IMG/VR virus record: IMGVR_UViG_3300032782_000001
Location: 248,001-312,000 of that record
Strand: one strand, 5' to 3'
DNA length: 64,000 nucleotides
A model generated the notes under the pieces. That model saw only the letters and a list, made by a program, of their open reading frames with translations, searched no databases and had not been told where the DNA came from. Shown here one piece after another: positions 45,053 through 53,763 of this stretch (positions within the stretch are counted from its first letter, which is position 1; every line of letters begins with the position of its first letter). A program made the translations under genes and the position numbers.

Positions 45053-46057
45053 CTACCGAGCAGAAATAGTTTGAAGCCTCATACCTCTAATATCCAATTC
45101 AGGATTAACAGGATCTGCATATCCAGTGGCATGACCGGTTAGGTATAACTGCTCATTTGCACGCTCTGAACGCAACATCTTCCGAATGATCATCAAATCA
45201 TGAACATCGGTGATGTGAACGATATTGGTAGGCTTGAGATACCATTGAGTTCCGAGTCTCATAAATAGGCGATCAGAAACTTCAGAATCCTGCCATCCAT
45301 GGCTTCCGTCGTATCTTTCATCAAAGCCATTGACCAACAGAAGTAACTCCGTAGGGATGCTATCATTCTTAAGATGACAAAATTGAGGTTCAATAAATCC
45401 TTCGGGTTTGGATTTTTTCATCTCCTCGTGAATGATTGGGAGATGAAGTGGATTATCGTTGGATTGGAAAGGTTTTTCAAAAATACTCCACATATAACGA
45501 TCAAGAAGCCCAGAACTCAAATCCTGGCAGTATGAATCACACCATTCACGAGTAGCAGAATGACGAATAGTGTCATCATCCCATTTAGCGAGTACGTCAG
45601 GTTTCGGGACTCCACGTCCCATCCCGAGCTCACAAAGTCCATATCGGGCGGGGAATCCTGGAGAAACGAGCGGAAGGCCGAGCAAATGGCAAACACCAAG
45701 CATTGCGTGGTTGGGACCGCGAGCTTGATGGAAATCGGCATGTTCTTGTAAACAACCAGGAGGCAGCCACGAGTAATCGCAAGTGAAATACGAAATGGGA
45801 CCAGAAGCGTTCACCAAACCCGTGTTCACACACCGCTGATAACTATTTAGCGGGAACGGGTTATCTCGTGGCTCCACATGACGAATTGGAAAATGATACT
45901 GAGAAGCTTTCTCCGCGACGATAGACTGGCGTTTGTTCCAAAGACAGTCCACAAGGACAAGTTCAAAATCTTTGAAAGTCTGTTGTTCCAGACCTGCAAA
46001 GAGAATATCCAGTCCTCCGACTCGAAGAGTCGGAACAATAACAGAGATCAGGGGCAT
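45053..46057 (-). CDS. Glycosyltransferase family 2 protein
   Basis: MPLISVIVPT (ATG 46057, right after the upstream stop), FELVLVD, NGFDERYDGSHGWQD. Confidence 0.8.
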   Translation of the reverse strand: MPLISVIVPTLRVGGLDILFAGLEQQTFKDFELVLVDCLWNKRQSIVAEKASQYHFPIRHVEPRDNPFPLNSYQRCVNTGLVNASGPISYFTCDYSWLPPGCLQEHADFHQARGPNHAMLGVCHLLGLPLVSPGFPARYGLCELGMGRGVPKPDVLAKWDDDTIRHSATREWCDSYCQDLSSGLLDRYMWSIFEKPFQSNDNPLHLPIIHEEMKKSKPEGFIEPQFCHLKNDSIPTELLLLVNGFDERYDGSHGWQDSEVSDRLFMRLGTQWYLKPTNIVHITDVHDLMIIRKMLRSERANEQLYLTGHATGYADPVNPELDIRGMRLQTISAR

Positions 46058-46058
46058 A

Positions 46059-46586
46059 CTACGCCTTGTAACAATCGACGTGGAACTCCCAGAAGACACC
46101 TGGGTTTGTGTTCCCTCTGAAGGAAAAATTAGTATAACCGTATTTCTCCAGAAGTTTTTGCATGGTTTCCCGGGTGAAACCCTGACAATGCTTATCAAAT
46201 TGTTCAAATAAATCGCCGTGTAGGGATCCCTGTTCGCCCCAAATGAGTTCACTCAGCATGGGATTGCTGGGGTCTCGAATGAATCGTGACATGACTTCAG
46301 CCATGTCAACCTCCACAATGTGAAGAAGACCACCAGGCGCCATAACACGATGAATGTCTGCCATGACGCGGTCGTGATATTTCGGCGGCAAATGAAGCAT
46401 CAAGAACCCTGCATACACTTCTATAACAGAATAATCTGGATAAGGAATAGCATCCGTCCGAGCGTCCCAGAGAACATCGCACTCGCAATCGGAATTTGGC
46501 CATTTCTTGACTACGTCAAGATTGACCCATCCACCACCAGTGAAATGAGTAGTACCACAAGCCAGATTGAGGCGGATGTCGGTCAC
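46059..46586 (-). CDS. Class I SAM-dependent methyltransferase (type-11-like)
   Basis: LNLACG..GWVNLD, IPYPDYSV, RVMAPGG. Confidence 0.8.
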   Translation of the reverse strand: MTDIRLNLACGTTHFTGGGWVNLDVVKKWPNSDCECDVLWDARTDAIPYPDYSVIEVYAGFLMLHLPPKYHDRVMADIHRVMAPGGLLHIVEVDMAEVMSRFIRDPSNPMLSELIWGEQGSLHGDLFEQFDKHCQGFTRETMQKLLEKYGYTNFSFRGNTNPGVFWEFHVDCYKA

Positions 46587-47623
46587 AAGAACTCCTCATA
46601 AATAACTCTGAGTTCTTCCGCATGAGACTTGGCCCAAGATAAAACCCTGGACGTACCCATTTCCACGTTCACAACCGGAGCCCACTTTGTAATTGTAGAA
46701 AATTTCTGATGATTCGTAATGAAGATACTGTCTTCATGTCGGCGACCGGGACCATAAGATGTAGATAAAGGCTTTCCATGAATCTTTTGGATTAAGTCCA
46801 CAGCTTCGCAGACGCTCAATGAATTCTGGATACCTCCGCCGATATTGTAAACATTCCCTTGGAGTTCACGGATATTGGAAAATGAGGCCCACACCGCGGA
46901 AGCAACGTCATCAGAAAAGAGCATGTCTCTGGTTTGGAAACCGCTGCCTTGGATTTCCAAAGTCCGTCCTAAAGCAGCAGAAATACAGAACCAAGTTAGC
47001 CAACCATGACGGGGTCCATGACAAGGTGCATCCCCATATAGATTGGAACACCGAAGAGTAGTCACAGGTAAATCATATGTGCGACCATAAGCCATAACCA
47101 AGGCAGTCTGAGCCATTTTGGAAGCCGCGTATGGCTCATCAGGCTCGAGAAGACATGTTTCATCGATCCCACCGGAAAAACGACCCTCCAAAACAAATCG
47201 CTTTCCATGGATGTGCGATGGTAGATCATGAACTCTATACGGCTTCACACTTGAAAGCATGACTGTAGGTGGAACCGAGGTTCTCATTTTTCTCATTGCC
47301 TCGAGGATATGTCTCGAGGCATTCACATTACTCATCCAATCATCGTGAGGATCTTCAGCACTATGAGGGATACCGGTATGAGCTGCTGCGTGGAGAACGA
47401 AATCGTGACTTCGAAGTAAGGACTCAAAGTCAGAATTTTCGACACGCTGTTTAAGGATCGTTACAAGTTCTCCGTAGGATGAATACAAAACGTCAGACAT
47501 CCACAGATTCCGCGGTTCCTCAGCGTGATCTACTACAGTGACCATGTGACCGGATTGAGCAGCAAGTTCCACGAACCTACTACCTACAACCCCGAGGCCG
47601 CCAGTGACGAGATACCGCATCAA
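46583..47623 (-). CDS. NAD-dependent sugar epimerase/dehydratase, CDP-paratose/tyvelose 2-epimerase-like
   Basis: YLVTGGLGVVGS, PYAASK (YxxxK), GWLTWF, QTRDMLF..DV, YNIGGG..NSLS. Confidence 0.8.
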   Translation of the reverse strand: MMRYLVTGGLGVVGSRFVELAAQSGHMVTVVDHAEEPRNLWMSDVLYSSYGELVTILKQRVENSDFESLLRSHDFVLHAAAHTGIPHSAEDPHDDWMSNVNASRHILEAMRKMRTSVPPTVMLSSVKPYRVHDLPSHIHGKRFVLEGRFSGGIDETCLLEPDEPYAASKMAQTALVMAYGRTYDLPVTTLRCSNLYGDAPCHGPRHGWLTWFCISAALGRTLEIQGSGFQTRDMLFSDDVASAVWASFSNIRELQGNVYNIGGGIQNSLSVCEAVDLIQKIHGKPLSTSYGPGRRHEDSIFITNHQKFSTITKWAPVVNVEMGTSRVLSWAKSHAEELRVIYEEFL

Positions 47624-50600
47624 GTAAGCCCCTTATATTTGGGGACGATATTGAGACGGACTTCATCCAATACGTCGAACAACATCTTTTCCCACTCTTG
47701 AGCCAGGGAATCCCAGCCAAAGTTATTTTGGGCATAGGAACGAAGAGATTCCCTGTCAGTGTTATCAGGGTTCATCATTGCTCGAACAACTTCGTCGATG
47801 AATCGATTTTGATAGTCAAGGGAAAGCCAGTCGCCAGCTACCATTCGACCCCTAGGGCCAACAGTTTCGTTCAGAGCTGCAATAGGGGAAGTCACCATGC
47901 GGAGACCAGCGGCATGAGCTTCCATTGCAGAAATGCACGAGGTTTCTGAGAACCAAGTTGGGTATGCCCAAACCCCGCTCTTCAGATATTCTTCAGAGAG
48001 CCGAGATTGGCTTACACGACCATGGAAAAAAACTCCGCAGCTCGAATAGTCTTGAAGAAGCTTCTTCAGGCTATTGATGAGGATTTTCTGTCCCGCATCC
48101 GCACAAGCTTCCCAGGTTTGGAATCCGTAGAAAATATGCAGTTCAGCATCCGGGATTCGTTCGCGGACGCGAGGCCAAATCCGGACAGCTACTTCCATTC
48201 CACGATCTGGACTGGAACTATAGACGGCTCTGTGGGGATTACGAAGAATATCTTTATTGAATTTGACTAAATCAATCCCGTTTCTAGTCCGCAACACTTG
48301 TGAAGGATGTAAGTATTGATAAGTATTGAGAACATTTCCTTTATGCCAATCTGATAGGCACAGCATTTTATCGATCTTAAGAGCTCGTTCATGAGTCAAA
48401 GCGCCGCCACAATGAATGTCATGGACCCAGCATAGAGTAACACGGCGGCGGACGTTATGAGATGCATCCACAGCTTCGGGCTTACGTGACGTAATCAAAA
48501 CATCACAAGAAAGATCTTTGTATTTGGCAGCATCCAAATACTCCACGCCATCGAATTTTCCTTCCAAACCGTTCACGCAATCACCGAAAACTCTAATTCG
48601 ATGACCCATTCCTTGGAGCCTACGAGACATCTCAATCACTGCTGTTTCGGATCCTCCAATCCCGTTAATGGACGCAGTCAGAGGATTCCAGGGCTCCACT
48701 CCGCGACCGACGTAAAAAATAACGTCAAGCTTGGGCTGAGGGGACTCCAAAATAGATACAGATGTCGATTGAACTTCAGAAGCCGTATCAGGCCATCGAC
48801 CATGAGCACAAATAGATGCTTGTGAATGAATAGGAATGGGTTGTTCCGATTGATCGATAGGGATTACTGATCCCACAACGTGGGAAAGACCAACAGCCTG
48901 CATGTCAGCAATCACTTCTGACATGATCGGTGCACGTACATGTTCACGGGGCTTCGGATCATTCCAGGATTCATGGAACGGGACACAAACTCCTTGACAC
49001 CACGAACCACGAGGAGTGCTAACGACTAAAAGACCTCCAGGATTCAATAAGGAGACAGCGGTTTTTAAAATCGTGGTAGGGACGGCTTCATGTTCGTAAA
49101 CTTCGAACAAAATGACGATGTCATATTTATTAGGGAAGCCTTCCGGAAGAGGATCCCGGCCAAAAAGACAAACCCCATGACGAGCTCCAGTGTGGAATTC
49201 TGAAGCCTTGGCATTAGCAATATCGATGACATTTGGAGATGAATCAACACCCCATGTCTCATGACCCACGAGACCGATTCGATTTGTAACCCATCCATCC
49301 ATGCATCCAATATCAAGAATACGAAGCAGTTGTTTCTTCTCTGATTTGATCAAATCGAGAAGATAGTTGTATCGAGCGAATTGTCCGTAAGCAGGACGAA
49401 TTTCTTGGGGGAGAGGAACGGCTTCCTTCTCCAATTTATAGTTACTGTAAATCTTTCGGTATGCATCAGGATCGTCCATGTGAGCCAACATGGAGTCCAC
49501 TCTAGATCGCATCGTGCGTACGTCTTCGTGATCCCTAATCTTCCAAGGAAGAGATTGAACAAGAGCACGCGCCGCCAACACTTCATCATGAAGGAGAAGT
49601 TGCTTGTAAAGCAACTTCGTCATATTCAGAATTACTTCTGATGAAAGTTCGTCAGGTGCTGTATCAATAGAAATGTCATTGGGAATAATGTGACCAGACG
49701 ACATGGGAGAATGAGCAGAAGGAATATTGACAGGAGAAGGAACTGGAAGCTTTCCAGCTATAGCATCCAAGACCAATTTTTGGACCTCGGAATTTACCAC
49801 TCCCATGTTGACTAATTCAGTGAATCCTAGCTCTACCTTCCGCTTGGCGAGATGTTCCTCATAAAGACGTTTGTTTTGAAGAAGCCCAGCGTCATTTGGC
49901 CGGACGCTAAGAGCGTTATTTACACTCTTCAAGGCATTCTCAACATCCCCGATGCTATTCAAAGCAAGATTCATGAATTGATGAACTTCAAACTCCCGCT
50001 CGAGAGGATTAACGAAAAGAATAGTCTTGGTAGGAGGTAGAGATAATCCAATGCGGAAGAAGTGAATGGCCCTTTCCCAATTCCTGCGAGACCGAGCCCC
50101 GCCACGTTGCGCAAGAAAGTAAAAACTTTTACCGAGAGAAAAATATGCTTCGGACCAACCTTCTCTGATCGTAAGTGCCTTAGTTGCCCATTCAATTGAC
50201 GTTTCGTAATCACCAATCGACTGATAATGCTCTGCTACTTTCAGACAAGAAAGAAATCGTTCGTCGTCCCAGTCAGAAAGTTCAATATATCGCTTGTGGA
50301 AATTAATGGCGTTACCGATATCGCCAACATTCCCATACTCCAATCCAAGATAATAAAGTTGACGAACGTCGCTTTCGCCGTGTTTCGCGTAGTGAGCCTT
50401 AAGAATACGAAGATTCCTTCCCGGCTCAGGAACTTTCTTGGAAAAAATCTTCTTATGGACCATTCGGACTTTATCCGAATGGTGTTTCAAGGTATCTTGA
50501 CGTTGCGGATTCAGAATTTCATGAATCGGTCCGTACCATCGGAAAGCTTCTTTAGGAGAACAAAGTCGTTCTCGTTCTTGAATGCAAGTTACGTTTCCGA

Positions 50601-50988
50601 ATTCATCGTGTGAATATTCGTATGGAAAAAAGATAAGCGTTGGAATAGAATGTCGAGATTTATCGAATTCCCCAACCAAATTTTCTAAATTTTCAGCACC
50701 AACGACTACGTCGTCGCCGTCCACCCATAAAACCCATGGTTGGGTAGCTAAATCAAAGCTTCTTTGCCTCGCTGCTGAAAAGTCAGCTATGAGACCATCC
50801 GAATCGTTGCAAGCTGAGAACGATTCGAATTTATCAGCGTATCGACGCGCGATTTCAGGTGTGTTATCAGTCGATCCAGTGTCGACAATAACAATTTCCG
50901 TCACGAAAGGACGGATAGAACGAAGGCAAGCCTCAAGGTTTGCCTCCTCATTCTTGACAATAAGACACGCAGAGATAGGTGCCGTCAC
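47620..50988 (-). CDS. Multidomain glycosyltransferase: GT2 + TPR + methyltransferase + GT4-like
   Basis: ISACLIVKNEE..L, VDTGSTD, DFSAARQ, VDGDD (GT2); TPR-like LYYLGLEY / EAYFSLG; ILDIGCMDG (MTase); VYSSSPDRGM and ETSCISAMEA (GT-B). Confidence 0.9.
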   Translation of the reverse strand: MTAPISACLIVKNEEANLEACLRSIRPFVTEIVIVDTGSTDNTPEIARRYADKFESFSACNDSDGLIADFSAARQRSFDLATQPWVLWVDGDDVVVGAENLENLVGEFDKSRHSIPTLIFFPYEYSHDEFGNVTCIQERERLCSPKEAFRWYGPIHEILNPQRQDTLKHHSDKVRMVHKKIFSKKVPEPGRNLRILKAHYAKHGESDVRQLYYLGLEYGNVGDIGNAINFHKRYIELSDWDDERFLSCLKVAEHYQSIGDYETSIEWATKALTIREGWSEAYFSLGKSFYFLAQRGGARSRRNWERAIHFFRIGLSLPPTKTILFVNPLEREFEVHQFMNLALNSIGDVENALKSVNNALSVRPNDAGLLQNKRLYEEHLAKRKVELGFTELVNMGVVNSEVQKLVLDAIAGKLPVPSPVNIPSAHSPMSSGHIIPNDISIDTAPDELSSEVILNMTKLLYKQLLLHDEVLAARALVQSLPWKIRDHEDVRTMRSRVDSMLAHMDDPDAYRKIYSNYKLEKEAVPLPQEIRPAYGQFARYNYLLDLIKSEKKQLLRILDIGCMDGWVTNRIGLVGHETWGVDSSPNVIDIANAKASEFHTGARHGVCLFGRDPLPEGFPNKYDIVILFEVYEHEAVPTTILKTAVSLLNPGGLLVVSTPRGSWCQGVCVPFHESWNDPKPREHVRAPIMSEVIADMQAVGLSHVVGSVIPIDQSEQPIPIHSQASICAHGRWPDTASEVQSTSVSILESPQPKLDVIFYVGRGVEPWNPLTASINGIGGSETAVIEMSRRLQGMGHRIRVFGDCVNGLEGKFDGVEYLDAAKYKDLSCDVLITSRKPEAVDASHNVRRRVTLCWVHDIHCGGALTHERALKIDKMLCLSDWHKGNVLNTYQYLHPSQVLRTRNGIDLVKFNKDILRNPHRAVYSSSPDRGMEVAVRIWPRVRERIPDAELHIFYGFQTWEACADAGQKILINSLKKLLQDYSSCGVFFHGRVSQSRLSEEYLKSGVWAYPTWFSETSCISAMEAHAAGLRMVTSPIAALNETVGPRGRMVAGDWLSLDYQNRFIDEVVRAMMNPDNTDRESLRSYAQNNFGWDSLAQEWEKMLFDVLDEVRLNIVPKYKGLT

Positions 50989-51005
50989 GCACCCACTCTA
51001 CCGCA

Positions 51006-51923
51006 TCACGTCATTTGAGAGTATGAAGAATAAGGATCAATGCACTGCCCACGGAAACTTGCATTCGTATTGGGCGATGCAGTGAAGTTCCCAGAGATGG
51101 TCGTATGATTCGTTTCCATGGTCGCGAGGGCTCCCGAAGATCCAGTCCAGTAAGACTGATTCCCGAGGCCTGAAGCAGTCTCGGATCCACAGAAAAGACC
51201 AAAGTTCTCCGCTTCCCCTGTCGTGGAAGCATAATTGAACCAGTTCTGGAACATACTGGTTTGCGTAGTTGCATTATTGGAATAACAAGCAACAGCTACG
51301 AAATCAGCGCAGTCCATTAGATTCAACCCTTCAAGTTGATTCGGGCCGCTATTGTATGAGAACGAAAGTGCCGCCGAATTCCCGTCTGCAAGCCACTGCG
51401 TTGCGAAACAGCCGACAGGCATGCTAAGGACGCGTTTCGCGGCCAACATCAAATCACAAAGCCCAATGGGCTCAGTAGTCGTGTAACCCGACATCGTCCA
51501 GTATTCCACATCGAAAATGAGGCCGTCGAAAGCGCTACCGCCATTGGTGGTCTGCGCCGTGGATAGCATGTTATACGAGGCAATGTGACGAATGATGTTA
51601 TTCATCACCCATTGCTGATTATGTCCCCAGTCAGTGTTCCCAGCGAGAGCATAGACCCGAATGCCAGAAAGATGAGCGAAATGAATGAATTTCTGGACAG
51701 TTGAAACGTGGCCAGTCGACCAGTTACCACCGCCTAGATATCCCCACATATCAAGAAACAACAGGTTTACACCTTGCGATGCGCACCAGTTGAGAAGATT
51801 CTGCATCTTGGTATCCGTCGAGAGCGGATCTCCCGAGGAACCGGCCGTCCCACACCACACAAACATGGCGCGGTCAAGATTAGAATTGGGCGGAACGGGA
51901 ACCGCAACAGATGAGACAGTCAT
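51006..51923 (-). CDS. TIM-barrel glycoside-hydrolase-like protein
   Basis: GIRVYALAG, FDGLIFDVEY (GH18-like DG...D.E). AAGGAG RBS before ATG 51923. Confidence 0.5.
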   Translation of the reverse strand: MTVSSVAVPVPPNSNLDRAMFVWCGTAGSSGDPLSTDTKMQNLLNWCASQGVNLLFLDMWGYLGGGNWSTGHVSTVQKFIHFAHLSGIRVYALAGNTDWGHNQQWVMNNIIRHIASYNMLSTAQTTNGGSAFDGLIFDVEYWTMSGYTTTEPIGLCDLMLAAKRVLSMPVGCFATQWLADGNSAALSFSYNSGPNQLEGLNLMDCADFVAVACYSNNATTQTSMFQNWFNYASTTGEAENFGLFCGSETASGLGNQSYWTGSSGALATMETNHTTISGNFTASPNTNASFRGQCIDPYSSYSQMT

Positions 51924-51952
51924 GGCAAACTCCTTCGATTTCAACCGCTTGA

Positions 51953-51958
51953 ATTATA
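51953..51958 (-). promoter_or_regulatory. Consensus -10 (TATAAT) upstream of GH-like gene and glycosylation operon
   Basis: Minus-strand TATAAT in the AT-rich gap 51924-51985, upstream of the AAGGAG RBS. Confidence 0.5.
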
Positions 51959-51985
51959 AAGATTGTAGTGAGTACATTTTTAGAC

Positions 51986-52789
51986 TCACAATTCGTAAAA
52001 AATCAAACTGACCTGAACAGTATTGGCAGTAGTAGCATCGGGCTTCACATACATAGTAATGCGAGCCGGGCCAGCTATGGGTAAATCTTCAAGATCGTAT
52101 ACTTGCTGCGGTTGAGCAGTAATGATGCGAAATTGACCCCCGAATTGACGCTCCAATGCGTTGGCTGTAAGAGGTAAAGCAACGCGAAGAATTCCACCAC
52201 AACTAGCACCCTGAGTGCCAAGCAAAAGTCGCTTAATAAAACATGTTTTACCAGCTTGTACGTAATGATGTGCCCAGAAAGTTTGGCCATCACTTGCTGC
52301 AATAGTACCTACTGTGGTCGCACCATTTTTAATTGAAATGGTTCCAACATTAGTACCATTGGATCCCACAGTGATACTGTCAATTCGTTCAATAAAACAA
52401 TAATTGGAATGGGTTGCAGTAACATTGCTAGTTCCGTTCATCGTAAGAGTTTCAGTAAATGGACCAGACATGGTTTGATCATAATAAGTAATCTTAACAG
52501 TCCTGGTCCCCGTACCAGCTGCAGCATCATTTGCAGAAGACGAAGAAACCGTAGCAGTAAAATTAGCACTTTGCTCTGTGTATGTCGTCGCACGTACAGC
52601 AACAATGCTAGTTGCAGAAGTAGATACATATCCACCTTGCATGGAAATTACGCCGCCAGAAATGAGACCCCTAGCAATAGCTACTCCAGGCGATGCAGAA
52701 TATTGGAATCCATTCGGGTCAACAATGGCAGCATTGCCATTCTCATCGTAGAATGTGGAATTGACTACAGGGCGGTCATTGATTGCCAT
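51986..52789 (-). CDS. Virion decoration/fibre-associated protein, paralogue 1
   Basis: Shares ~190-aa domain (RAT.YTEQ...SSSSANDA.AGTG.RTV.ITYYD...HHYV) with the next two genes. Confidence 0.6.
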   Translation of the reverse strand: MAINDRPVVNSTFYDENGNAAIVDPNGFQYSASPGVAIARGLISGGVISMQGGYVSTSATSIVAVRATTYTEQSANFTATVSSSSANDAAAGTGTRTVKITYYDQTMSGPFTETLTMNGTSNVTATHSNYCFIERIDSITVGSNGTNVGTISIKNGATTVGTIAASDGQTFWAHHYVQAGKTCFIKRLLLGTQGASCGGILRVALPLTANALERQFGGQFRIITAQPQQVYDLEDLPIAGPARITMYVKPDATTANTVQVSLIFYEL

Positions 52790-52791
52790 GA

Positions 52792-53760
52792 TTAATACTC
52801 GTAGTACCCAAATCCACCAAAAAATGAATTAGAACTAGAAGCAGCATCTTGTTGGACGTAAAGAGTAATCCTAGCTGGACCAGAAACTGCAGCAGGAGTG
52901 GAATCGAACGTGAAATCTTGATTTCCCCCAGCGTTCACTCGCAACTGTGGGGCAAACGTGATTTCCGCTTGAGAAGGGGAAGAAGTTGGGAACGCCTTTC
53001 GAATAGTGACGGAGCCGTTACTGCTGCCTTTGCTGCCTCCGTGGATCGTCACTACATAAGCTGTGTGATTTGCACGAACATAATGATGACACCAATTCGT
53101 TTGGTTGTCGCCCGGAGCAATAGTGCCAATAGTGCCACCGCTGCCAGCGGTGCCAACAAAAAGATTGATAGTACCGACGTTCCCTCCGGCAGATCCGACT
53201 TGAACGACGGTCATCTTTTCAATGAAACAAATATCTGTAGCGATGGTGTCTACGGGCGTTGTCCCGTTGAGCGTGACAGTCTCCGTTTCCAGATTCGTGA
53301 GAGTGGAATCGTAGTAAGTAATGAGAACTGTGCGAGCACCAGTCCCAGCTGAAGCATCATTCGCGCTAGAAGACGAGATAGAACGCTGGGCTCCAGTAGA
53401 CTGCTCGTTATAAAGAGTAGCACGACATGCAACAATTGAAGGATCGGAAGTGCTTACATAGCCGGGAATGTAGACTGCTTGAGGAGAAAGAGAACCATTG
53501 GCAGTAGATTGGTAGTTATTTTCAAAATCAGACTTATCGGAATCGTTTTGAGCTTGAGAATATCCGCCAGAAATGATGCCATCTGGAACCGTTCCTTTCC
53601 AGATCGTGCAGATATTCGCTTCAGGTCCATTGTAAAAATAAATCGTATATTTTAATCCATCATCGTCGTATTGGACGATTCCGCCCTTGGATATGTTAAC
53701 ATTCTTCCAAGCAGTCCATGCGTAGAACCTCTGTGTAAACTGGGGAGCGATGGAAATCAT
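52792..53760 (-). CDS. Virion decoration/fibre-associated protein, paralogue 2
   Basis: Same C-terminal domain; different N-terminus. Confidence 0.6.
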   Translation of the reverse strand: MISIAPQFTQRFYAWTAWKNVNISKGGIVQYDDDGLKYTIYFYNGPEANICTIWKGTVPDGIISGGYSQAQNDSDKSDFENNYQSTANGSLSPQAVYIPGYVSTSDPSIVACRATLYNEQSTGAQRSISSSSANDASAGTGARTVLITYYDSTLTNLETETVTLNGTTPVDTIATDICFIEKMTVVQVGSAGGNVGTINLFVGTAGSGGTIGTIAPGDNQTNWCHHYVRANHTAYVVTIHGGSKGSSNGSVTIRKAFPTSSPSQAEITFAPQLRVNAGGNQDFTFDSTPAAVSGPARITLYVQQDAASSSNSFFGGFGYYEY

Positions 53761-53763
53761 AGA

